From positions 1-54,321 of the IMG/VR virus record IMGVR_UViG_3300044788_000028: a stretch of 54,321 nt of DNA. One strand, written 5' to 3'. Of this stretch, positions 39,255 through 46,647 are shown piece after piece. This DNA is from a virus. The position numbers and the translations under genes were made by a program. The notes below the pieces were generated by a model. The model was not told the origin of the DNA, searched no databases, and saw only the letters and a list, made by a program, of their open reading frames with translations. Position 1 is the first letter of the stretch. The number at the start of each line of letters is the position of its first letter.

Positions 39255-39766
39255 CATGTTGCCGCCACGCGGCGGCGTACTTCCTCATAGTCCAGCACGC
39301 GGTTGCGCGTGCGCAGTTTCCCGTCAGCATCCTGTCCTTCGCAGTCCACCTTCCGCCCGCGCGGCCACGCCTCGATCGCGTGCGTGGTAATGCGCCACGT
39401 TTGCGTGAGCGGCCAGCGGTGCTTCCTGAACAACCGTACACACACGTCCACCATCGCCGCAAGCTGACGCGCCGTCGCGTGGTCCTTGGCGTTGGCGGTG
39501 ATAGCGATCCCATAGAAGGCGGAGTTCGCGTCCGTGTACACCAGCTTCTCGCCGGAAGACTTACAGACCCCCGCGTGCCATGCCCGCGCGTCCTCGGGTG
39601 TCACGGCAACTACGACCCCGTCATCCTGCACCGCGATGTTGTAACTAACGTGGCACGCCGGGTCCTTGGTCAGCCATTGGATACCGGAGGCGTCACTCGT
39701 GCTGTCGTCGTAGTGCAGCATGATCCCCAGCCGCTGTCCGCGCACGCGGTTGAAGTTACCCAACAT
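39254..39766 (-). CDS. N-acetylmuramoyl-L-alanine amidase (Amidase_2 / T7 lysozyme-like) endolysin
   Basis: GIMLHYDDS, AWHAG, FYGIAI and ITTHAIEAWPRGRKVDC fit the Zn-ligand pattern (H...H...C) of PGRP-type amidases. The start is ATG 39766 or 39799. Confidence 0.8.
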   Translation of the reverse strand: MLGNFNRVRGQRLGIMLHYDDSTSDASGIQWLTKDPACHVSYNIAVQDDGVVVAVTPEDARAWHAGVCKSSGEKLVYTDANSAFYGIAITANAKDHATARQLAAMVDVCVRLFRKHRWPLTQTWRITTHAIEAWPRGRKVDCEGQDADGKLRTRNRVLDYEEVRRRVAAT

Positions 39767-40157
39767 CTTCGCGCTCCGTGTGCTCCCCGCGTTCGTCATC
39801 GTGCTTCGCGTTGGGTTCCGCGTGGAGCAGCGTGCCCACCGTCCGGACCTCACCTATGCCGAAGCGGTTGATCAGGTTGCTCCCGAAGGCGACCACTTCC
39901 TGCGCGCTCACCTTGCTGAGCGCGTTGAGCACCGGGATCGCGTACACCAGCGCAATGCAGAGCGTGGCTTCCGGCCAGCCCGCAATGCCGGCGGTACGCA
40001 TCTGCTGGTACATGCCGTAGGCGAACGCGGTCACGATCGCGCGGGACATGCTGAAGACGTAGGGGGCGTCGACGCTCATGGCGCGCGCAGGGTTCTTCTC
40101 CGCCCACGGCGACAGCAGGGCGAAGGTCACCGCGCGGACGAACTTGTAGAAGCGCAC
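39756..40157 (-). CDS. Membrane protein, holin candidate
   Basis: 133 aa with about 3 hydrophobic helices (VTFALLSPW, AIVTAFAYGMY, LCIALVYAIPVL) and a charged C-terminus. Directly upstream of the endolysin gene. GTG start. Confidence 0.5.
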   Translation of the reverse strand: MRFYKFVRAVTFALLSPWAEKNPARAMSVDAPYVFSMSRAIVTAFAYGMYQQMRTAGIAGWPEATLCIALVYAIPVLNALSKVSAQEVVAFGSNLINRFGIGEVRTVGTLLHAEPNAKHDDERGEHTEREDVG

Positions 40158-40161
40158 GCGC

Positions 40162-40551
40162 CTAGTCCCCTGAACGGGTAAGGTTACCGTCCCGCGTCAC
40201 CGCGGCGAGGATGGTCTTGGTCTGCGTATCCAGCGCGCGATCGACACGCTCGAACCCGGAGCGCACCTCGCCACGGAGCGTATCCACCGACCGTTCGCGG
40301 TCCCGCTTCTCCTCGCTGACGCGCGCGTGGGCGGACGCGGCGCTGGCCTTGGCGCTGCTGATCGCCCCCTTGGTCAATCCCCACGTCGTGCCGGCACCGA
40401 ACATCCCGGCAGCCAGCGCCCATCCCATTGCTTCCGGCGTCTTTGCTCCACTGACTGCTTCGAGCAGGGTGGTCAAGCCGGCGGTGGCGACACCGATGGC
40501 GAGGATGGTGAACTTGGTCGTGAGAGTCATGGGTGTAAGTTCGCTCGACAT
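40162..40551 (-). CDS. Membrane protein, holin/antiholin candidate
   Basis: Two hydrophobic helices (FTILAIGVATAGLTTLL, WALAAGMFGAGTTWGL) followed by a charged tail. The start is uncertain (ATG 40551 or 40530, or TTG 40569). Confidence 0.45.
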   Translation of the reverse strand: MSSELTPMTLTTKFTILAIGVATAGLTTLLEAVSGAKTPEAMGWALAAGMFGAGTTWGLTKGAISSAKASAASAHARVSEEKRDRERSVDTLRGEVRSGFERVDRALDTQTKTILAAVTRDGNLTRSGD

Positions 40552-40573
40552 AGGGGGTGCGGCCACCAACGGA

Positions 40574-41743
40574 TCAATCGGTATCCACGTATGCCGCCGT
40601 TGGCGGCGTGAACTCCTGCGACCAGTAGTTCCACCCCTTCATAATGCGCACCTCGTCGATGTACCCGTTGAAGTCACGCCCAGCGTTGACGGACTTGCCG
40701 ATCAGGATGGCCGCTGAGTTGCGCGCCCATACGGTGTTCGTGCTGGCCTCAGTTTGGATCACACCGTCGATGTAGAGTTGGAACTGCATGCCGAAGGACA
40801 CAACTGCGATGTGGTGCCACGCACCATCGTTGATGGCTACTGCGCTCGGCCCCAAGAGCGGTGAGCCGAGTCCCGCGTGGTAGAACGACACCTTACCACT
40901 GCTTGCCACGGCGTTGAGCAGTAGCGACCACGAGCCGGTCCCGAAGCTCCCGCTGTCGCGCTCGATGAGTGTGGCGAACTGCGTGTTCTGCGACGTGCGT
41001 ACCCAACACTCAATCGTGTTCCATGTGCCGAGGTTGAACATCTTGTCGTCGGCGGTCACCGTGAGGTAGTCACCCGTGCCGTCGAACAGTGCGGACGCGC
41101 CGCCGAACTTGGACTGCGCGGTGCTGATCTGCGCGTTGCCGCTGGGCGTGACCGTATGCCCCTTCACGTCGGTGAAGGTCGTGGACGCGTTGGTGCCGTC
41201 CATATGCAGCAGCAGCACCGTCTTATTGATCATGCTGAGCGACCCACTCGATGACGGGGGCGACTGCCATGACGGCAGGCCACTGTCCACCATGAGCACA
41301 TACCCGTCCGGCGCGGCACCGATGGGGAGGATAGCCGGGCTGTCTCCGTCGCTGTAGACCAAGTCTCCGGCGGCGCCGTTGTACAACCCCTTCAGGGTCC
41401 AGAACCCGATCTCGCGAATGTCCTCGAAGTGGGTGAGTTCCCCGCTCAGTGTGGTCACCTTCGCCATCGGTATCTTCGTAACCAAGTCCAGCGCCGCGTC
41501 GGCACTCACCGTGCCCGCATGCGTGCGCTGCACGTACTTGGTGCTGTTGTCCGCGATGACGATCGTCCCGTCGGCACTTACGCTGCCGTCGAAGTTGAAG
41601 CCGCCGTGGTAGGCGAACGTGCGGGTGGACTGCACCATCGCCGCCAAGCGCGGCGACCAGCCGCCGAAGATGATGGTGTCCAGCCGCGTGAGCGACTGGT
41701 CAAGGTCCCCGTAGGGGAGGCGGTAGCGCGGAGTGCTGGGCAT
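40574..41743 (-). CDS. Tail fibre / receptor-binding protein with C-terminal LamG (concanavalin-A-like) domain
   Basis: LLLHMDGTNASTTFTDVKGH...FDGTGDYLTV...ECWVR...WSLLL...GAWHHIAVV...LYIDG...GYIDEVRI is the classic Laminin_G_3 pattern. Confidence 0.8.
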   Translation of the reverse strand: MPSTPRYRLPYGDLDQSLTRLDTIIFGGWSPRLAAMVQSTRTFAYHGGFNFDGSVSADGTIVIADNSTKYVQRTHAGTVSADAALDLVTKIPMAKVTTLSGELTHFEDIREIGFWTLKGLYNGAAGDLVYSDGDSPAILPIGAAPDGYVLMVDSGLPSWQSPPSSSGSLSMINKTVLLLHMDGTNASTTFTDVKGHTVTPSGNAQISTAQSKFGGASALFDGTGDYLTVTADDKMFNLGTWNTIECWVRTSQNTQFATLIERDSGSFGTGSWSLLLNAVASSGKVSFYHAGLGSPLLGPSAVAINDGAWHHIAVVSFGMQFQLYIDGVIQTEASTNTVWARNSAAILIGKSVNAGRDFNGYIDEVRIMKGWNYWSQEFTPPTAAYVDTD

Positions 41744-41746
41744 GGC

Positions 41747-43546
41747 CTAGTAGAACCCCTGCCCCCACAGCACGTCGCCCGCGTCTGCAGGCGTGCTGCC
41801 GGAGCCACTGTCGTCATCGCTGGTTGAGCCGGGTTCCGTCCACCCGGACGCCGGCACACTGTACGTCGCCTTCGTCACGCTGAACACATCCTGCACTCCG
41901 TCGACCGTGATCTCCCCGTCCTCGAGGGTGCCGTAGTTGATTGAAGTAATACGCAGCACCAAGTCTGCCACGCCGAACGCGGACTCGTTCGCCACGACCG
42001 CGTCCCCCTGCATGAACGCGAACCCCTCACGGTTCATCTTCCACGAGTACCGCGCCAGCGGAATGCTGTGCGCTCGGCGCAGACGCGCCGCGACCAACGC
42101 CGCGAGGTCCGGGTTCGTGATGTAGGGCAGGTCGATGGGGAGCGTCCGGATGCGCCCGGTGGCCTGATAGTTCGCAAGGTCTTGGTCGGTGACCACATCG
42201 TCCACGAACCCCCGCTTCTCCGTGGTGTTGATCAGGCGACGGTAGGTCAGGCGGATCTCGTTGAGTGTTTCCTTCCATGTGGAGGGGGCATACTTCACCG
42301 CGCTGGTGTTGGAGGTGTTCAGCACCGGCAGGTCCATAATGTCGTAGTCCGGGCGAATGAGCTTCAGCCGCAACTGCCCGGTCACGGGGTTGGTCGCCAG
42401 CGTGGCGTCGATGGTGTTCAGGATGTCGCGGATCACACTGCCCGCGTCCGTGGGGCGCGTGAGGGTGCAACTGATCCCGAAGGCCTCGTCGCGCAGCGTG
42501 ACCGCGCACGCCTCGAAGCTCGCAAGGTCCAGCGTCGCCGGGTCGCGGCCAATGCCGTATCCCTTGTGCGTCAGGATGTCGTAGAGGATTTCCGCGGGGT
42601 TCGCGTCGAGTCCGATGGTGGCCTCTGTCGCCGTCTGTCCCAGCGGCGAGTCGCCGGTCGGGTCCCACCACGCCGTCCGCCGCAGCAGCAGCTTCATCGG
42701 CTTGGGCGACCCGTCCTGCGCCGCGATGTAGAACGGCGTGCCGCCCCCCGCGCCCATCACGAGATACGCGAAGTTCGGCCACCGCGAGCAGTCGGCGCCA
42801 TAGATGCTCGCGTCCGCGAGGATCGGATCCAGTGGCTGGCGGGTCGCGTCGTCGTATCCCCAATACATCGCGAGCCAGCCGTGCTCGAGCTGCGTGGGGT
42901 TCTCGTAGTCCGCCCCGATGCCCCCGGCCTGCTCATCGCCCCCGAACATCGCGTGCGAGCTATCGCCGTTCCGCGCGCCGTTATTCCCGAACACCTGCAT
43001 GAGCGTCGGGCCTCCGGGGAACGACGGGGCGCTCGGGCCGCGCCCATCATCGATGAACCCGCCTGCGTCGGACGGCGTCGGCGGCGTGCCGGTCGCGCCG
43101 CCCAGGACCTCGTGGCCGCCGCCCGTGAGGTGCCAGTTCCGGCAGCTCTTGTCGCTGAAGCTGATGTCGAGGATCTCGTTGACGACGCCCCAGCCGAGGA
43201 GATGGTGCGCGAACATGGAGAAGAACCACTGCTTGTGCTTCTGCTTTCCGACCTTGCCCCACCACACCGTATTCGGAGCGACCATCGCCGTGCCCCACCA
43301 CACGGGCACCGGCTGTCCGGCCGTTGCGGTAGGACCTTGAAACTCTTGGTCGCGCGGTCCCTTCTGCCGGGGCGCCAGCGCCTTCGAGATGAAGTAGCTC
43401 GCGACCGACAGGATGATGTTGATAAGCAGGAGCACCAAGAACCCGAAGGCCTGCAACGGTTCGCTGCTCGGGGGTACAGCCGGCACCAACCCCGCCAGCC
43501 GCGCGCCGGCGAGAGCAACGATCAGGACAAACAGGAAGGTGAACAT
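41747..43546 (-). CDS. Tail tip / host-specificity protein (lambda gpJ N-terminal / GTA g15-like)
   Basis: 599 aa in the last position of the tail-tip block, with a hydrophobic N-terminus. The family call is from memory of the Phage-tail_3 pattern. Confidence 0.6.
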   Translation of the reverse strand: MFTFLFVLIVALAGARLAGLVPAVPPSSEPLQAFGFLVLLLINIILSVASYFISKALAPRQKGPRDQEFQGPTATAGQPVPVWWGTAMVAPNTVWWGKVGKQKHKQWFFSMFAHHLLGWGVVNEILDISFSDKSCRNWHLTGGGHEVLGGATGTPPTPSDAGGFIDDGRGPSAPSFPGGPTLMQVFGNNGARNGDSSHAMFGGDEQAGGIGADYENPTQLEHGWLAMYWGYDDATRQPLDPILADASIYGADCSRWPNFAYLVMGAGGGTPFYIAAQDGSPKPMKLLLRRTAWWDPTGDSPLGQTATEATIGLDANPAEILYDILTHKGYGIGRDPATLDLASFEACAVTLRDEAFGISCTLTRPTDAGSVIRDILNTIDATLATNPVTGQLRLKLIRPDYDIMDLPVLNTSNTSAVKYAPSTWKETLNEIRLTYRRLINTTEKRGFVDDVVTDQDLANYQATGRIRTLPIDLPYITNPDLAALVAARLRRAHSIPLARYSWKMNREGFAFMQGDAVVANESAFGVADLVLRITSINYGTLEDGEITVDGVQDVFSVTKATYSVPASGWTEPGSTSDDDSGSGSTPADAGDVLWGQGFY

Positions 43547-43547
43547 G

Positions 43548-44387
43548 TTAGTTCAGCGTCTGCCACGGGGAACGGTCAGGCATCAGCGCGAAGCCGCCGA
43601 AGCGTTCGATGTTGTCGTGTACGTCAAGACAGTCCGTCGTATGGCGGTTGCACCCGGCAATGAGTTGCACGGAGTCCCCCACCACGGCCCCCAGCAACGG
43701 GGTTTGCAGCGTAAGCACGTCGTCGACCTGTTGCACCACGAACACCTTGCGCCCGAGGAAGTTCACTACCCCCGCGTTGTAGAAGGTAGAGCCGCTCCCC
43801 ACATGGTCGTCCGGGCTGTCGTTCTCCACCACGGTGATGGTAAGTAGGTCCACGGAGATATCCGTAATGGTGCCGGAGAAGGTGACCCGCGACGCATCCG
43901 CCCCACAGAAGGCGTCAAACAGCATGTGCGGGCACGTGCGTTGGCAGAACACCCGCCCGGTGCTGTCACTCCACGCCGCCTCCTCTGAGGTGCCCACGAT
44001 CTTGCAGAAGCTCCCTTCAAACAGGGCGCTTGCGATCTCGCCATTGAACAGCGTCGCCGACTCCCCGTCTGCGAGGCCCCGCTGCCAGCGGTAGATGGTC
44101 ATGTGGATCGGCGACGGCGAGAGCGTACCACGCAGTTCATCCGTCACGCAGCAGATACGGGGGATGTCGACGTCCACCTGCATGGTGGTATCTTCGCCGT
44201 TCTGCTGAATGTCTCCGCGGTGCAGGCCGGCAGTGCCGGTGTAGGTCTCACTGTTGAAGACCACGTCCGACTCGCAGTTCGCGTACAGCCACGCCTCAAC
44301 CACGGCGCCCGTGGTACGCGTGAACTTATACAGCTCAAGCGGCTCGCTGTCGGCAACGCTGCGTTCGCGGTCTTCGTATGTGGTCAT
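43548..44387 (-). CDS. Tail tip protein, DUF2163 / BR0599-like (GTA g13-like)
   Basis: The C-terminal AGCNRHTTDCLDVHDNIERFGGFALMP matches the GC...C..F.N...FgGfp motif of the Phage_BR0599 family (from memory). Confidence 0.65.
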   Translation of the reverse strand: MTTYEDRERSVADSEPLELYKFTRTTGAVVEAWLYANCESDVVFNSETYTGTAGLHRGDIQQNGEDTTMQVDVDIPRICCVTDELRGTLSPSPIHMTIYRWQRGLADGESATLFNGEIASALFEGSFCKIVGTSEEAAWSDSTGRVFCQRTCPHMLFDAFCGADASRVTFSGTITDISVDLLTITVVENDSPDDHVGSGSTFYNAGVVNFLGRKVFVVQQVDDVLTLQTPLLGAVVGDSVQLIAGCNRHTTDCLDVHDNIERFGGFALMPDRSPWQTLN

Positions 44388-45028
44388 GGCGTCTGCACCG
44401 GAAGATCAATCACTGGGATTTCCAACGTCCCGCTGCTCATGGTACTCCACTCAAGCACCGGGCTGTCGGTGTCCAACCGTACCAGCAACAGGAACGCAAT
44501 CAGGTCCTTCGTGGTCACCGGGTGACCCACCGCCGAACTGATAGTAATGGTCTCCGTGCCATCCAGCGGGTTCTCCACACTGCTCTCAATCTTTCGCGCG
44601 ACCAGTGTTTGTGCCACCGCGGCCACGCGAGGGAAGAAGGCGAGGTGCTCACGTCCGTATCCCACCCCACCATAGAGCAGGGTGTACCCGCTCCGGGTGA
44701 TGTCGAAGGTGGTATCGGTGTCCCCGATGGTGTCCGTGGCGTGAAAGGCCAGCGACCACAATGGTATCCAGAATGTGTTTCGCTTCCCCTGCACCGTGTC
44801 GCGCACGAACTCCCGTGCGTTCAGCATCTCCTGCCGCGTGCTCAGCATGTAGCGCAGACGTGCAGAGGTGCGGGGGCGCGGCTGATGCGGTGAGTCAAAC
44901 TTCAGCGGTCCCGGTCCGGTGTCGCTCAGCACGTTCTTGGCCTGCACCAACTTCATGGTGCGGGTCGGGTCCTGCCAGTCCGGCGCCCAATCCAGCAACG
45001 GGAGCGAGAGATAAGTCGGGAGACTCAC
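44384..45028 (-). CDS. Distal tail protein-like (paralog of the N-terminal part of 45025..46647)
   Basis: 214 aa with a GTG start (GTGA overlap). It shares RPR...L...F...G....F.IP.W pattern blocks with the upstream gene. Confidence 0.55.
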   Translation of the reverse strand: MSLPTYLSLPLLDWAPDWQDPTRTMKLVQAKNVLSDTGPGPLKFDSPHQPRPRTSARLRYMLSTRQEMLNAREFVRDTVQGKRNTFWIPLWSLAFHATDTIGDTDTTFDITRSGYTLLYGGVGYGREHLAFFPRVAAVAQTLVARKIESSVENPLDGTETITISSAVGHPVTTKDLIAFLLLVRLDTDSPVLEWSTMSSGTLEIPVIDLPVQTP

Positions 45029-46647
45029 GAGTGTGTTGCCTCGACGAACATGGTTTCGAAGTCATCCTGCCATGCAAGGTGCTCATTGTCGTCCGGGTCC
45101 ACAAGATACACGGTCACGCGGTACACTTCGCCCGTACCCGAGATCGCGCCGTCGCCATCGTGCGCGAAGCCAAGGATTGTTGACGCGCCTGCGCGACAGG
45201 TCACGAACGCGCCACCATGCACACCGGCAACCTCGGCATTGGTGTAGTCATCGCCGGTGAAGTCGTGCGAGGTGACCTCCGGGGTGCCGTACCCCGGATC
45301 ATCGAAGTGCTCGGTGACAATCTTGCAGCCCTTGTACGCCGCGATCTTCGCGAAGCGGACACAGAAGCCATGATGGAGTTCGACCGTGTCTGCGTTGAGG
45401 GACAGTTCGTCCTCGAGCGGGTAGTTCTGAATCCCGCCCGGCGCCCCTACATCGTACAGTCCATAGCTGCTCACGCGGCTGCCACGTCCCGTTACCCCGG
45501 CGACGTTGCTGCATCCGCCCATCAGGGACACCGCGACGGCGAGCCAGAGATGGTCAGTCGGCGTACCCGCGGCCGGCTCAAAGTATCCTGACCCGGAGAA
45601 CACTGATCCCACGATGGGCGCCCCCTCGGGTTGCAGGCCAGCCGGGAACGGTCCGAAGCAGGTCAGGTCGCAGTCGACCCCGACTTCCGTGCCAAGGCCG
45701 ATTGACGGGATGACCTTGTCGAAGTCGGCCGGACGCTTCAGGGTACAGAGACTGAACCCCGTGACCTTGCCCTTGCCGGATGGCGCCATGCGCGACGCGT
45801 GTGTGTACGTGACGCCACAGTCCGTCACACTGGTGTACCCGAACAACTGCCACGCCGGAGCACCGTCCGCAAAGTTCGGATGTAGACTGCCGGTGTTGTT
45901 GTTGTCGTGCGGCAACGCACTAGGGGAGAGGTAGAGGATGCTACCACCCCACGTCGGGCGTACCATGAGGGCACGCGCGGGCGACCGCGACTCGTCTTCC
46001 TCCCCATCCTCGCACGGTGGGTTCTTCGACGTGGGACACTGCCCACTCGTGAAGTCGAGCGCGACCTGCGCGGCGCCACGCGTGGGACGCAGCACGTCAG
46101 GGTCTTCCGTGAGGAGCATCAGTTGCAACGGCACGACGAGCGTGCGCTGCTTGGGCCAGTCCCGGGTGATCGCAGACCGCGCGGTCAGTGTGGTCCCGTC
46201 TTCTGACGCTAGTAGGAACGGCTCGTAGTCGTCGTGTGCCCGCCACAAGAGGCAGGGCACGTCCTCCTCGTCCGCGATGCGCTGCGTGAGGTCGCGACCG
46301 CTCGAGTCGTCAACCACGAGTTCCGTGTCATCGGTCGCCGCGTCGTCAGCCAGTACCATCGCGTCCTGCCACTGCGGGACGCCGTAGGTGTGTCGCTGCC
46401 ATCCGAATATGAGCGCCTCGAGGTGCTGTGCCTCATCGCGCTCGAAGCACACCACATTCGCCTTGATGTGGTGGCGGGGGCGTAGTGGCGCACGCACGGC
46501 AATCCGTTGCTCAGTGCCATCGTCCGCCGTAATGATGTCGGTCTGAAACTCCCACCCTTCCTGAATGGGGAAGTTGAACAGGAAAGGCACCGGCCGAAGG
46601 ACGGTGCCACTGAAGGGTAGGTCAAGGTCCACCGTAGGGATCGGCAT
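45025..46647 (-). CDS. Tail protein (distal-tail-like N-terminal domain plus a ~340-aa extension)
   Basis: 540 aa, immediately after the tape measure gene (TAATG overlap). Confidence 0.6.
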   Translation of the reverse strand: MPIPTVDLDLPFSGTVLRPVPFLFNFPIQEGWEFQTDIITADDGTEQRIAVRAPLRPRHHIKANVVCFERDEAQHLEALIFGWQRHTYGVPQWQDAMVLADDAATDDTELVVDDSSGRDLTQRIADEEDVPCLLWRAHDDYEPFLLASEDGTTLTARSAITRDWPKQRTLVVPLQLMLLTEDPDVLRPTRGAAQVALDFTSGQCPTSKNPPCEDGEEDESRSPARALMVRPTWGGSILYLSPSALPHDNNNTGSLHPNFADGAPAWQLFGYTSVTDCGVTYTHASRMAPSGKGKVTGFSLCTLKRPADFDKVIPSIGLGTEVGVDCDLTCFGPFPAGLQPEGAPIVGSVFSGSGYFEPAAGTPTDHLWLAVAVSLMGGCSNVAGVTGRGSRVSSYGLYDVGAPGGIQNYPLEDELSLNADTVELHHGFCVRFAKIAAYKGCKIVTEHFDDPGYGTPEVTSHDFTGDDYTNAEVAGVHGGAFVTCRAGASTILGFAHDGDGAISGTGEVYRVTVYLVDPDDNEHLAWQDDFETMFVEATHS

